The notes beneath the pieces were generated by a model. The model did not search any database, was not told where the DNA came from, and saw only the letters and a program-made list of their open reading frames with translations. Of a DNA stretch of 64,000 nucleotides, positions 29,865 through 39,521 are shown piece by piece. Positions within the stretch are counted from its first letter, which is position 1. Every line of letters starts with the position of its first letter. Location of the stretch: assembly GCA_963841435.1 (NCBI GenBank), contig CAWJCS010000004.1, forward strand, positions 96,001 through 160,000. The letters are read 5' to 3'. The stretch is from an uncultured delta proteobacterium. GTDB lineage: Bacteria; Myxococcota_A; Polyangia; Polyangiales; Polyangiaceae. Made by a program: the position numbers and the translations under genes.

Positions 29865-30512
29865 TCAATTGAGATGCAAACATTGTGCGTAGGGGGTGAC
29901 ATACCCCCAGTCGTACTGGTTGGCGTTATCGGCTCGCGCGGTCCAGCGACGCGAATTCGTCAACGTCGGCATGCTGGTAAATGTCCGTACTTTTTGGATG
30001 CTTGTTTCCGGGGTGGAAGTGACGACGGTGGTAAAGAACCCGCCGCCAATCGCGATGTCGCCCACGTTGCAGTCTACCGACGACGCTGCCCAACCGTTCC
30101 TCATGGACACCTGGGTGCCAATCCGCGGCGTGACGGTTGCATTTAGATTTTTCGTGCAGGTAATGAGTACGCTGAACGTTTCGGACATGTTCGTCGAGTT
30201 GTACTCCGCCGAATACCACTGATTCTGATAGGCCGGGTACGTCGCGATGGGAATGAGCTTCGCGGGATCAGGATAGTTCGAGTCGAAGCCACCGCCCGTC
30301 GGGATCCCTCCACTGGGGCAATAGGCGAGGGCACCGCCCCCGTTGTGACTCGGGACGTTGACCGAGCTCAGCGCATAGAAATAACTGGTGAGGCCGCTGA
30401 CTCCGCTCGCGCAGACCGCCCAACCCGTCAGGGCAAGGTACGCGGTGGGATGCTTGTTCACCGTCATGATCCGCCAGCCGTTGCCGACCTGCCTGCTCAC
30501 CCAGACCATCAT
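29865..30512 (-). CDS. Hypothetical protein with C-P/N-x-G-xxxx-GGGF repeats, probably 5'-truncated
   Basis: AYCPSGGIPTGGGF and VDCNVGDIAIGGGF units ending in LITC / YAQC; starts with half a unit (..GWAVCA); visibly more AT-rich than the flanks. Confidence 0.6.
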   Translation of the reverse strand: MMVWVSRQVGNGWRIMTVNKHPTAYLALTGWAVCASGVSGLTSYFYALSSVNVPSHNGGGALAYCPSGGIPTGGGFDSNYPDPAKLIPIATYPAYQNQWYSAEYNSTNMSETFSVLITCTKNLNATVTPRIGTQVSMRNGWAASSVDCNVGDIAIGGGFFTTVVTSTPETSIQKVRTFTSMPTLTNSRRWTARADNANQYDWGYVTPYAQCLHLN

Positions 30513-30579
30513 GTACTGGGCGTGCGTCCGCGCCTCCTCTTCGTAGCCAATCGCGTCGGCACCACTTCAATTCCCGGTG

Positions 30580-31087
30580 CGCGGAGGCCCGAATTCCCGG
30601 CGGCGACGGCAGGAGGGCGGCCGCGGCGGTGTTCCGTCAGCGGGCACCGGAGGCACGACTGGCCTCGCAGGGGGCGGTAGCGGCGACACGGCAGGCGCAA
30701 GCGGCCTGGGAGGGGCCGGCGGCATGGCAGGCGCAGGCGGCTCGGGAGTGGCCGGCAGCTCTGCGGGCGGGGGCGGTGACTCGGGGGGCGCAGTGCCCGA
30801 TGGGAACGAGCCGGTGCCCAGCAGTGGTTGCGAAAAGACGCGCACGCTTCAGAATGGCACCATCAACATCACGTATAAAGCCCTGCGCGGAAATGCATTC
30901 TGCGCGTGCCCGACGCGTACGCTAGCAGCCACCCCTATCGGCTGGTCCTTGCTTGCGCCTGGTCCGGGGGGTCCACCCGACCGAATACTGCGTCTTCAGC
31001 GGCGCACACGGATGGGAGCCGAAGGATCCAGGGCAATCGGCGAGCTGGAACGCCCCCGAAGCCTGGAAGTTCATCACGCAGCTCTGA
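30580..31087 (+). pseudogene. Internally deleted, frameshifted CE1/feruloyl-esterase-like lipoprotein remnant
   Basis: Gly linker + VPSSGC + VPDAYASSHPYRLVLACAWSGG joined at ~30970 to HPTEYCVFSGAHGWEPKD..SWNAPEAWKFITQL*; the GxSxG core present in the paralog at 54231-55647 is missing. Confidence 0.7.
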
Positions 31088-31106
31088 GGACGGCGCAAGG
31101 ACGACC

Positions 31107-33002
31107 ATGAGCATCTCGATGACAAGAGGCGCAAGCCGCAGCACGCCGGCCGCGCTGCTCGCCTGGGCGGTGACGGCGCTTTCCCCGGCCGCCTTGGCGG
31201 ACAACCCCATCGTGCAGACCAGCTACACCGCCGATCCCGCCCCCATGGTGTACGACGGCAGGCTGTATCTTTACACCTCGCACGACGAGGACGTCACGGT
31301 GAACGACTTCTTCACCATGAACGACTGGAGGCTCTACTCCACCGTGGACATGGTGAATTGGACCGACCACGGATCGCCGGCGGGCTACAAGACCTTCACT
31401 TGGGGGACGGGCGACGCGTGGGCGCCCCACGGCGTACCGAGAAACGGCAAGTTCTATCTGTACGTACCGATCAACAACTCGACTGGCGCCAAGATCGGAG
31501 TGGCCGTCGCGGACAGTCCCGACGGCCCGTTCACGGACCCTCTCGGGAAAGCGCTCGTCTCGACGGGAAGCGGGGACATCGACCCGACCGTGTTCATCGA
31601 CGACGACGACCAAGCGTATTTGTACTGGGGGAACCCCGACCTTTGGTACGTCAAGCTGAACTCGGACATGATTTCCTATCAAGGAAGTCCGACCAAGACC
31701 AACTTGACCACTGCCGGCTTCGGCACGCGCTCCAACTCCGACCGCGCGACGGCGTACGAAGAAGGCCCATGGTTCTACAAGCACGAGATGCTCTACTACC
31801 TCGTCTATCCGGCCGACGGCACGCCGGAGAAGATCAGCTACACGACGAGCAGCGGCCCGCTCGGCCCCTGGACGTTCGGCGGGGACATCATGGCGAAGGA
31901 GACGGGCGCCGGGTCGAGCTTCACCAATCACCCGGGTGTCATCGACTACCAGGGTAAATCGTACTTCTTCTATCACGATGGCGCGTTGCCGGGCGGTGGC
32001 AACTACAAGCGCTCGGTGTGCGTCGAAGAGTTCACTTACCAAACAGGCGGCAAGATCCCGACCATCCAAATGTCGACCGGGGGGCCCGCCCCGCTCACTA
32101 CCTTGGATCCCTTCCAGCAGGTCGAGGCCGAAACCATCGCGTTCTCGGCAGGCCTCAAGACCGAGACGTGCACGGACACGGGCGGCGGCATGAACGTCAC
32201 CTCGATCAGCAACGGCGACTACATCAAAGTGAAGAACGTCAACTTCCTGGATGGCGTCACGTCCTTCGATGCCAGGGTCTCCGCGTCAGCCGGCGTGGCG
32301 AACATCGAGCTTCACCTCGACAGTCAGAGTGGCACGCTCCTCGGGACCTGTGACGTGTCAGGCGCTTCGTCGTGGACCAAAAAGACCTGCTCGGTCAGCG
32401 GCGGTAGCGGCACGCATGACTTGTTCCTGAAGTTTACCGGGGGAAGTGGGGACCTGTTCAAGTTCAATTGGTGGCAGTTCACGGGTCCGACGACGTCGAA
32501 CCCGGATGGCGGCGCGGCCGGGAGCAGTGGCACGAGCGGAGCGTCGGGCGTCGGCGGCGCTCTTGGGGGCGCGGCTGGCTCGACGAGCGTGTCGGGTGGC
32601 GCTGCGGGTGTGACAGGTGGCTCGGCGGGCACGGGCGGCAGCGGCACCGTGACCGGTGGCACGGCAGGCGAGGTCGGAGGCGGCACCGGTGGCGCGGCCA
32701 GCGGCGCGGGCGGAGCGCAGGGCGCGGCGGGGGCCGGCCCGCCACTCGGAGGGAGCGGCGGGTCGACTGCCGGCCAGGGCGGCTCGAGCGCCGGCAGCGG
32801 CACTTCAGGCACGGGGGGTAGCCCCGTGGCCAGCGGCAGTCCCGGCGCCGCAGGTGACTCGACTGGCTGCGGGTGCCGAGCGAGCTCCGGTGCGAGTCAC
32901 GCGCCCATCATCACGGCCCTGTTGCTGCTTGGGCTCGGTTTGCGCCGCCGCTCCGCGAGAGCCGTGTCGCGTAGCCAAGCGGTCGAACGCCTTCCCTTTT
33001 GA
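31107..33002 (+). CDS. GH43 arabinoxylan arabinofuranohydrolase/xylosidase-like + CBM6 + Gly linker + MYXO-CTERM
   Basis: Signal peptide ending ALA; NPIVQTSYTADPAP, AWAP, IDPTVF, EEGPW, TNHPG; CBM6 (QVEAET...NGDYIKVKNVNF...GTHDLFLKF..FNWWQF); GCGCR..LLLLGLGLRRR. Confidence 0.92.
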   Translation: MSISMTRGASRSTPAALLAWAVTALSPAALADNPIVQTSYTADPAPMVYDGRLYLYTSHDEDVTVNDFFTMNDWRLYSTVDMVNWTDHGSPAGYKTFTWGTGDAWAPHGVPRNGKFYLYVPINNSTGAKIGVAVADSPDGPFTDPLGKALVSTGSGDIDPTVFIDDDDQAYLYWGNPDLWYVKLNSDMISYQGSPTKTNLTTAGFGTRSNSDRATAYEEGPWFYKHEMLYYLVYPADGTPEKISYTTSSGPLGPWTFGGDIMAKETGAGSSFTNHPGVIDYQGKSYFFYHDGALPGGGNYKRSVCVEEFTYQTGGKIPTIQMSTGGPAPLTTLDPFQQVEAETIAFSAGLKTETCTDTGGGMNVTSISNGDYIKVKNVNFLDGVTSFDARVSASAGVANIELHLDSQSGTLLGTCDVSGASSWTKKTCSVSGGSGTHDLFLKFTGGSGDLFKFNWWQFTGPTTSNPDGGAAGSSGTSGASGVGGALGGAAGSTSVSGGAAGVTGGSAGTGGSGTVTGGTAGEVGGGTGGAASGAGGAQGAAGAGPPLGGSGGSTAGQGGSSAGSGTSGTGGSPVASGSPGAAGDSTGCGCRASSGASHAPIITALLLLGLGLRRRSARAVSRSQAVERLPF

Positions 33003-33101
33003 CCCGCGCCCGGGACCCGGTGGCCGCGACCGATGAGCCTGTCGGCGGGCGGCGGCGACCCCTCCCGCGCTCCGCCACCCACCATCTTCGGGTGCGTGCT
33101 G

Positions 33102-34553
33102 CTAGGGGAACTTGAGCGACGGGTAGAACGCCTCGATGTTCGCTTTTAGTGCCGTCACGTTGCTCGCGCTCAGCAGGGCATTGGTAATGAAAGCCTCACG
33201 CATGAGAACTGGATCGGGCTGGCTCAGATCGCCCCCGCCACCGAGGTGGACGGCCGTCCCTGCGTTGATATTCGCCTTGGGGGGCGAGTGCGAGAGTACC
33301 TGGGTGCCGTTCATGTAGGTGATGACCGCGTTCGCGGATGGGTCGAACTGGGTGACGACGATGGCGTTTTCGATGGGCGACGAACCGTAGTCGAACAGAT
33401 CGTTGTTCTCCTCCTCCTCCGCCCCCACGCAGTAGCTGTTGTTCTTGCCGCAGTTGACGGCAATGCAGCAGCCTCCCGAATCCTTCCACCCGTACGCCAG
33501 GGCGACCATGAAATCGGTGCCGAAGGTGTCGTTCGCGTTGTACTTGTGGGCAATGCCGAAAACGCCGCAGCAATAGACCTGGTTGGGGACCGGCTTGCCG
33601 TTGTACCCGAGGCCAATGGCCTTCGACCCGCCGTTGACGCCGGTGGCAAAGGCGTCGCCCGAGAGCGCGTATTCCTGCGGCGCAACCGTCGTGAGGATCG
33701 GCAAGCCCGTCGCCTGCTCGATCGTGAACTTCGCGGCGCAGGTGTAGCCGCCGGCACTGCAGTTCGGACCCCAAGGTGCGGCCCATACGGCCGGCAAGAG
33801 GTCGTTGCTCCCGCTGTGGACCTGGGCGTAGATCTTCGAAACGACGCATTTCGACTGGGTGCCGCCGCAGTAGGCGCTCCATGTCGTCATGTCCGCCGTG
33901 TGCGCGTCGGTCTGGCCGATGTCGAGCGTCGTCGCGTTCTTGTCCGCGGCCATTCCGAGCTGGAAGAGCGGCCCCTTGTAGCTCGCCGTCATCGCCCTCG
34001 TCAGGCTGTACGCCTCCGCGCACCCGCCCGTTAGGAGGTCGCAAGGTCCCTGGTAGGTCGATGCGGTACCGGCGCTGCCGCTGGTTCCCCCGGAGGCCGA
34101 GCTTCCCCCGCTTTCGGTCCCTCCGCCGCCGGAGCTCGTTCCCGCTGTTCCTGCCTGGCCGCCCGTGCTGACGGTGCCACCCGCGTTGGCCATGCCGCCC
34201 GTGGGGGGGTCTCCGCCGGCGCCGCTGCCGCCAGTCGAGCTCGCGCCGCCCGTTGCGGTGGTTCCGCCGGTCATCGTGGCACTGCCAGCGGCGCCGCTCG
34301 CCCCGCCCGAGCTGATGGTGCCGCCGCTGTTGGCCGCGCCTCCCGAGCTGACGGTGCCGCCGCTGTTGGCAGCGCCTCCCGAGCTGACGGTGCCGCCGCT
34401 GTCGGTCGCGCCTCCCGAGCTGATGGTGCCACCGCTGTTGGTCGCACCCGCGGAGCTGTTGGTGCCGCCGCTACCAGCACCGTTGCCCGGGCCGGTGCAA
34501 TCCGTGAGGGTCAAGAAGACGGCTGCACCAAACAAAAGGATGCTGGTTCTCAT
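33102..34553 (-). CDS. Lipoprotein with Gly linker and GH54-like arabinofuranosidase catalytic domain
   Basis: LTDC lipobox; GPCDLL..CAEAYSLTRAMTASYKGPLFQ, CVVSKIYAQ, VYCC, LGGGGDLS, KANIEAFY resemble the AbfB catalytic domain. Confidence 0.75.
   Translation of the reverse strand: MRTSILLFGAAVFLTLTDCTGPGNGAGSGGTNSSAGATNSGGTISSGGATDSGGTVSSGGAANSGGTVSSGGAANSGGTISSGGASGAAGSATMTGGTTATGGASSTGGSGAGGDPPTGGMANAGGTVSTGGQAGTAGTSSGGGGTESGGSSASGGTSGSAGTASTYQGPCDLLTGGCAEAYSLTRAMTASYKGPLFQLGMAADKNATTLDIGQTDAHTADMTTWSAYCGGTQSKCVVSKIYAQVHSGSNDLLPAVWAAPWGPNCSAGGYTCAAKFTIEQATGLPILTTVAPQEYALSGDAFATGVNGGSKAIGLGYNGKPVPNQVYCCGVFGIAHKYNANDTFGTDFMVALAYGWKDSGGCCIAVNCGKNNSYCVGAEEEENNDLFDYGSSPIENAIVVTQFDPSANAVITYMNGTQVLSHSPPKANINAGTAVHLGGGGDLSQPDPVLMREAFITNALLSASNVTALKANIEAFYPSLKFP
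34306..34449. repeat. 36-bp tandem repeat x4 encoding a 12-aa linker unit ([N/D]SGGT[I/V]SSGGA[A/T])
   Basis: cccgagctga(c/t)ggtg.. units at 34306, 34342, 34378, 34414. Confidence 0.9.
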
Positions 34554-34665
34554 GGGGTCTGCTCCATCGGAGGGGTAAGGCGCTCGATGGTCGAGTGGCA
34601 AAGTCCAACCTACCGCGTGCGGCTGCCGCGGAGAAGCACAGCGGTCGATATGATTGTATTTCGGA

Positions 34666-34731
34666 TCATCGCAACTTCCTTTGCGATGAGAACATTGTGG
34701 GCCGGACAGAGGAGACTAAGGTGACCTTAGT
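34666..34731. promoter_or_regulatory. Two perfect palindromes (candidate operators) upstream of the GH54-like gene
   Basis: TCATCGCAA-N6-TTGCGATGA (34666-34689) and ACTAAGGT-G-ACCTTAGT (34715-34731) in an AT-richer intergenic region. Confidence 0.5.
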
Positions 34732-34774
34732 ACCCGGGTTGCCTAGCTCCTTGCGGAACTGGCGCTTCTTCGCA

Positions 34775-37135
34775 CTACCGGCGGAAGCGGCGCGCAACGA
34801 GGTACAGCGGGCCGGTCAGGGCGTAGCCCGCGGCGCCCATCAGGATCACGACCGAGAAGCCCAGGTTGGTAATGGCGGTCATGCCCCACGACGCGCCCCA
34901 CACCGACGACAGCGTAGCCATGGCGTAGGTGGCGGGCACGGCCCCGCGGCGCCCGGCCTCCACCACGCGCTCGACGCCGAACGGGTAGAACATCCCGAGG
35001 AACGTCCCCGCGGGCGCCACGCACAACGCCACGCAGAGGATCTTGAGTGGCAAGGGGAGTGAGAGCAGGCGCGCGTTGCATAGGTGCGTGGCGAGCACGC
35101 CCCACGCGATGGCGGCCACGGCCGGCAGCACGAGCGTCGCCGGGCCGCGGAACACGCGCAGGCGGCCCTGCAAGTACGCGCCGAGGGCGTTCGACGCCAG
35201 GAACAGCGCCAGGATCACGGCCACGGCGTAGAGCGGGCTGCCGAGAAACAGCTCGGCCTTGGCGATCAGCCCGATCTCCACGCACATGTACGACACGCCC
35301 GCCACGAAGAAATAAAGCACCCACGGCCAGGGCACGCGCCGCTCGCGGTCGCGTCGCAGGCCCACGAAGGCCATGACCGCGACCGAGACCGCGCCGAAGA
35401 ACAGGATGGTGAACACCTTGATCCAGCTCGAGGCGTAGAGCTGATCCACGAAGCGCGCCTTCGCGGGCAAAAGCTCGAAGTCGCGCCAGCTCACCTCGTG
35501 CACGAACGGGCGATCGTCCGTCACGAGCGGTCCGCGCGTGCGCCCCAAGACGGCGTCCACGAAGCTTGGCTCGCCCACGCCCGAGGGCGAGTAGAGCACC
35601 CTCCGCGGGTACGGCCACGACGCGATCTTCCGGTCGATGGCCGCGATCTCGTCCCGCGTGAGCCCGCCAGGCTCGACGACCATGCTGTCTTGCCCCCGGG
35701 TTGCCGGGGCGCCGAACGCGAAGACCGCCTTCCCGAAGTCGCCGAGGCCGCGCTCCGCGAAGAGCGACCGCAGGCTCTCGGCCTTGTTGAGCACGGGCTG
35801 GTTCTCGAACACAATCATCGAGCTTGCTCCCGGGGCCAAGTGGTCGAGGTACGACGCCATGGCCTCGTCGGTGTCGAGATACTTCCGTGTGTCGCCGGTG
35901 CGCTCGGCGTTGACCGAGCCGTTCGTGGCCACGAAGATGAGGTCGTAACGACCGCGGTCGTTGTTGAGAAAATCGCGCCCCTCGCGCACCACGAGGTGCA
36001 TGTTGGGCCGCGCGTGGAAGGCGCGCAGGTTCATGCCCGCGAGCAGCGGCTCCCGGTACAGGTCGACCACGGCGGGGTTCAGCTCCACGCCCGTGATGTC
36101 CGCCCTGCCCTCCGCCATGCGATCGAGCTCGACCATGTCGCGCCCCACGCCCGCGAAGAGCACGAGAATGCGCTTCGGCTCGTGTCCCATGAGGAACGGC
36201 AGCGTGGGGTGCAGGCGGTAGGGCAAAAGGTCCGCAGGCTTGTCCGCCGGATCCCAGCGCGGGACCTTCACGTTGCTGACCCCGTCGTCCTGCACGATGC
36301 CCCACGCCTCCCGGCCCGCCCCCGGGTTGCCGGTGCCGGCTCTGAGGAGGCTCGTGCGCGCGAGGTCGTTCCACCGCACGCGCACCTCCTCGATTTCCAT
36401 GCCCCCGCGGGCGTAACCGCCGAGCACGTAGCGCGACAGGCTCGCGGCGTCCGGGTGCTCCTCGAACACGCTCCCGCGGAACGCCAGGAACGCGATCATT
36501 AGATACCCCGTTGTACCGGCGGCCACGGCGAGGCGTCTGCGGACGAGCGGCGTGGCGGCGAGGAGCGCGAGCGCGCCGAAGAGCACCGTCATGATGGCGG
36601 GCGGCAGCCCCGCCCAGGTCAGCACGAGGGGCGCGAGGAGGCAGCCCGACGCCGCGCCCGCGAGGTCGAAGAAGTACAATCGTCCGATGCTCCGCGCGCC
36701 CTCGTCGAAGTACAGGGCCAGGAGCGCGCCGCAGATCGCGTACGACGGCAGGAAAATGCCCGAGTAGGAAAGCATGCGCGCCGCGTCCCCGTAGGGGTTC
36801 TCGAGCGAGACGTGGATGACCGGGAAGAACGCGTTTGCGATGGCGAAGAAGCCCACGAACGCGGCGGCGAGGACCGGCAGTAGTAGCACCTGCAGGATCG
36901 CGGTCAGGCGGCGTGCGTCCGGTGTTCGCTCGCGGTGCACGAGCAGCGAGCCGAGTGAAAGCCCGAAGAGCGCCACCGGGATGGCGAGGAAGTTCGAGAT
37001 GCTGCCGAGAAAGAAGGCCAGCATGCGGGTGTGTAGGAGCTCCACCATCAGGCACACGAGCCCGACGAGGAAGATCCCGATTTCGACCTCCCGGTTGGGG
37101 CGCGCGGGGGCCGCCCCTTCGGGGTTCTGCGACAT
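34775..37135 (-). CDS. Multi-pass membrane protein with spermidine-synthase-like SAM-binding domain
   Basis: About 7 N-terminal TMs (LYFFDLAGAASG); central ILVLFAGVGRD, ITGVELNP, VREGRDFL..YDLIF, LVTDDRPF; about 6 C-terminal TMs. Confidence 0.85.
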   Translation of the reverse strand: MSQNPEGAAPARPNREVEIGIFLVGLVCLMVELLHTRMLAFFLGSISNFLAIPVALFGLSLGSLLVHRERTPDARRLTAILQVLLLPVLAAAFVGFFAIANAFFPVIHVSLENPYGDAARMLSYSGIFLPSYAICGALLALYFDEGARSIGRLYFFDLAGAASGCLLAPLVLTWAGLPPAIMTVLFGALALLAATPLVRRRLAVAAGTTGYLMIAFLAFRGSVFEEHPDAASLSRYVLGGYARGGMEIEEVRVRWNDLARTSLLRAGTGNPGAGREAWGIVQDDGVSNVKVPRWDPADKPADLLPYRLHPTLPFLMGHEPKRILVLFAGVGRDMVELDRMAEGRADITGVELNPAVVDLYREPLLAGMNLRAFHARPNMHLVVREGRDFLNNDRGRYDLIFVATNGSVNAERTGDTRKYLDTDEAMASYLDHLAPGASSMIVFENQPVLNKAESLRSLFAERGLGDFGKAVFAFGAPATRGQDSMVVEPGGLTRDEIAAIDRKIASWPYPRRVLYSPSGVGEPSFVDAVLGRTRGPLVTDDRPFVHEVSWRDFELLPAKARFVDQLYASSWIKVFTILFFGAVSVAVMAFVGLRRDRERRVPWPWVLYFFVAGVSYMCVEIGLIAKAELFLGSPLYAVAVILALFLASNALGAYLQGRLRVFRGPATLVLPAVAAIAWGVLATHLCNARLLSLPLPLKILCVALCVAPAGTFLGMFYPFGVERVVEAGRRGAVPATYAMATLSSVWGASWGMTAITNLGFSVVILMGAAGYALTGPLYLVARRFRR

Positions 37136-37453
37136 GGGCGCAGCCTATCGCGCCAAGGACGACGGGGGCGCGAAGCTCGGTCGCGTTCGCGGGCGGGTGG
37201 GCTCGCCTGCGCGGGTCTGCTCGTCGTTGCGTCCGTCGGTGGCGAAGCGGGTGACGCAACGACGCCGGGCGATGCGGGAGCCCCGGCGGCCGGTACAGGA
37301 GGCACGGATGGCGGTCTCTCGCCGGTCGCGAGCCCCGGCTGCGCGCTGGCGAACCCCGACGTGCCAACCTTCTTCTGGCTACTTGAGCTCGCACGCCGGG
37401 TCACGTGGTCGCGCAGCAAACGCGCAGCGCGCGCGCCGCTCACGCCCCGGACG

Positions 37454-37621
37454 TTACTTGAGCTGCGCCAATTGCGCGCGGACCTTGTTCGGCGTGGCGC
37501 CGACCATCTTCACGGCGTTGCGCAGCTGCGCCTCGGAGCAGTGGAACTTCTGACACCAGTACGCCCGTTCCGAGGCCTCGTTGACGTCAACGCGTGCGCG
37601 AATTTTGGGGTTGTCCGACAT
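37454..37621 (-). CDS. DUF3606 family small protein
   Basis: MSDNPKIRARVDVNEASERAYWCQKFHCSEAQLRNAVKMVGATPNKVRAQL. Confidence 0.85.
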   Translation of the reverse strand: MSDNPKIRARVDVNEASERAYWCQKFHCSEAQLRNAVKMVGATPNKVRAQLAQLK

Positions 37622-37803
37622 GTGGCTCGTGCTTTGGCGGGACTGGAAAATGTTCCGCGCGGTTACAAAGGCGCACGGCGAGCCGCCTGCGTCAACCCTG
37701 TGCTGCGCCCCTCGGTCCAATGTCGCGCGAATGACCGGGTGATCCTTCGGAAGCTCCTCTTGGAGCTTTCGCGTCACGAGGTCGAACCGGCCGCGAGCCG
37801 GCT

Positions 37804-39351
37804 CTACGGGCTCGGCGTCGTGACGGGCCAGCCGGCGTCGTCGAAGTAGAGGTCGGACACGTGCATGGCGAAGACATTGCCCGACGCCGACGCGTCGTAC
37901 GCGTGGTACACGATGTAGGCGCGCGCGTCGTTGAACACGACGTTCGGCGCGCCGGGGCCGACCCAGCCGTTGCCGTCGCCCATCAGCTTGGTGCCGCCGC
38001 CGCTCAACAGCTGAACGCCGTCCTTGTCGACGAAACCGCCGGTCATGCTCGTCGAGCGGCCGACGCGGATGTTGTACGTGCTGCTCGCGCCCTGGCAGCA
38101 CTTGTCCCACGACATGAACAGGTAATAGTAGCCGCAGCGCCGCACCATGTAGGAATTCTCGACGACGTTAGAGCCCGAGCGCCGCGCGATGTTCGTGATG
38201 GGGCTCGCCCCGTCGATCGCTCCCGCCGTGGTCAAACCGACGATGTGGATGCCGTCCCACCCGCTGCCGAAGACGAGCCACGGTGCCCCGTCCGGATCGA
38301 GGATCACGGCAGGGTCAATCGTGTTCCAGTTGACGTTCGTGTAGCTGCCGTAGGCGGGCGAGTTGGAGCAGATGATCGGGCCGCCGCTGTCGGCCCAGGC
38401 CCCCGTGCTCATCGCCGCGCGCGTCGCATGGCCGAGGCACGACGTCTTGCTGCCGAACGTCGAAGCCGCGTAGTAGAGGTGATACTGCCCGCCGAAATAC
38501 GAAAAGTCGGGAGCCCAGAGGTCGCCGCCCGCCTGGTCGAAGGCGCTCACGTACGTCTTGATCCAGCTCGGGTTGGCGCCGCCGAGTCCCTGCTTGATGT
38601 TCGTCCAGGTCGTCAGGTTCGTCGAGCTTCGCGTCCAGAGGCTGAGGCCGCTGTTCGCCGAGTAATAGACGCCGTTCGCGAGAATGACCGTCGGGTCGTG
38701 CACGCTCGGGCCCCCGCTTACCGCATATGACTGGGGCGGCGTGAGCGCGTCGTAGACTGCGACGTTGCAGCGGTCATCAGAGGAGCCACCGCCGGTGCCC
38801 GAGGTGCCGCCACTCATGGCCCCACCGGTCGCGGCACCGGCCGTCAACGTCCCGCCCGTCGGAGCGCCACCGGACGCCGCTCCGCCGCTCATGGCGCCAG
38901 CAGCCGACGAGCCACCGGTCATGCTCGAGCCACCGTTCGCAGCTCCGCTCGCGCTGGTCCCGTCGCCCGCGGTCGTTCCACCGTTCGTGTCGCTACCGCC
39001 GGTCGCGGTCACGCCGCCGCTCGCGGCTCCACCCTGAGCGTCCGTGCCGGCGCTCGCCGAGGCGCCACCTTCGGGCGCGCCTCCACCCGAGCCGCCGGCG
39101 CCCGTTCCCGAGGCGCCGCCCGTGCTCTGGGCGCCCGCTCCGCCCGCGGACCCGGGCGCGCCGGACAGCGCCGCTCCGCCCCCGCTTGCCGCCGGCTGAC
39201 CGCCGGAGCCCCCACTCGTTCCGGCCGCGCCGCCCAAGAGAGTCGTCGTGTCAGTCCCGTTCGACGCGCAGCTCACGACCGGCAGGCCGAGAACCAGGGC
39301 CCACCATGCCCCTTGCGGAAGGGTCCATCGTTTAGCCACGGACAACGGCAT
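37804..39351 (-). CDS. GH43 endo-1,5-alpha-L-arabinanase-like lipoprotein with Gly linker
   Basis: VVSC lipobox; VHDPTV, LWAPD, NTIDP, FGSGWDGI, VENSYM, KCCQGASSTYNIRVGRS. Confidence 0.9.
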   Translation of the reverse strand: MPLSVAKRWTLPQGAWWALVLGLPVVSCASNGTDTTTLLGGAAGTSGGSGGQPAASGGGAALSGAPGSAGGAGAQSTGGASGTGAGGSGGGAPEGGASASAGTDAQGGAASGGVTATGGSDTNGGTTAGDGTSASGAANGGSSMTGGSSAAGAMSGGAASGGAPTGGTLTAGAATGGAMSGGTSGTGGGSSDDRCNVAVYDALTPPQSYAVSGGPSVHDPTVILANGVYYSANSGLSLWTRSSTNLTTWTNIKQGLGGANPSWIKTYVSAFDQAGGDLWAPDFSYFGGQYHLYYAASTFGSKTSCLGHATRAAMSTGAWADSGGPIICSNSPAYGSYTNVNWNTIDPAVILDPDGAPWLVFGSGWDGIHIVGLTTAGAIDGASPITNIARRSGSNVVENSYMVRRCGYYYLFMSWDKCCQGASSTYNIRVGRSTSMTGGFVDKDGVQLLSGGGTKLMGDGNGWVGPGAPNVVFNDARAYIVYHAYDASASGNVFAMHVSDLYFDDAGWPVTTPSP

Positions 39352-39521
39352 GCCATGAGCACAGTGTGCGCACGGGCCGCCCGCCAGTCACGACTGCTCG
39401 CGGTGTTCCGGTCCGGGGGGTCAGGGACTGAGAGCGCCCTTTCGCCCAACGCTCGCCGCCCGATCTGACGCGCACCATCGACCCAGTCTCGGCGGTCGAG
39501 AGCCGTGATAAGGCCGTCGTC

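Noticed and set aside
25000-30600. Integron cassette array
   Set aside because: Genes are unrelated and cassette-like, but no repeated attC-type sites or integrase were seen.
30906-31106. N-terminal extension of the GH43-CBM6 ORF
   Set aside because: Belongs to the esterase remnant; RBS and signal peptide support a start at 31107.
34743-37394. Long Arg/Pro-rich alternative-frame ORFs (such as this 883-aa one) throughout the window
   Set aside because: Shadow ORFs expected in high-GC DNA, overlapping genes with clear motifs.
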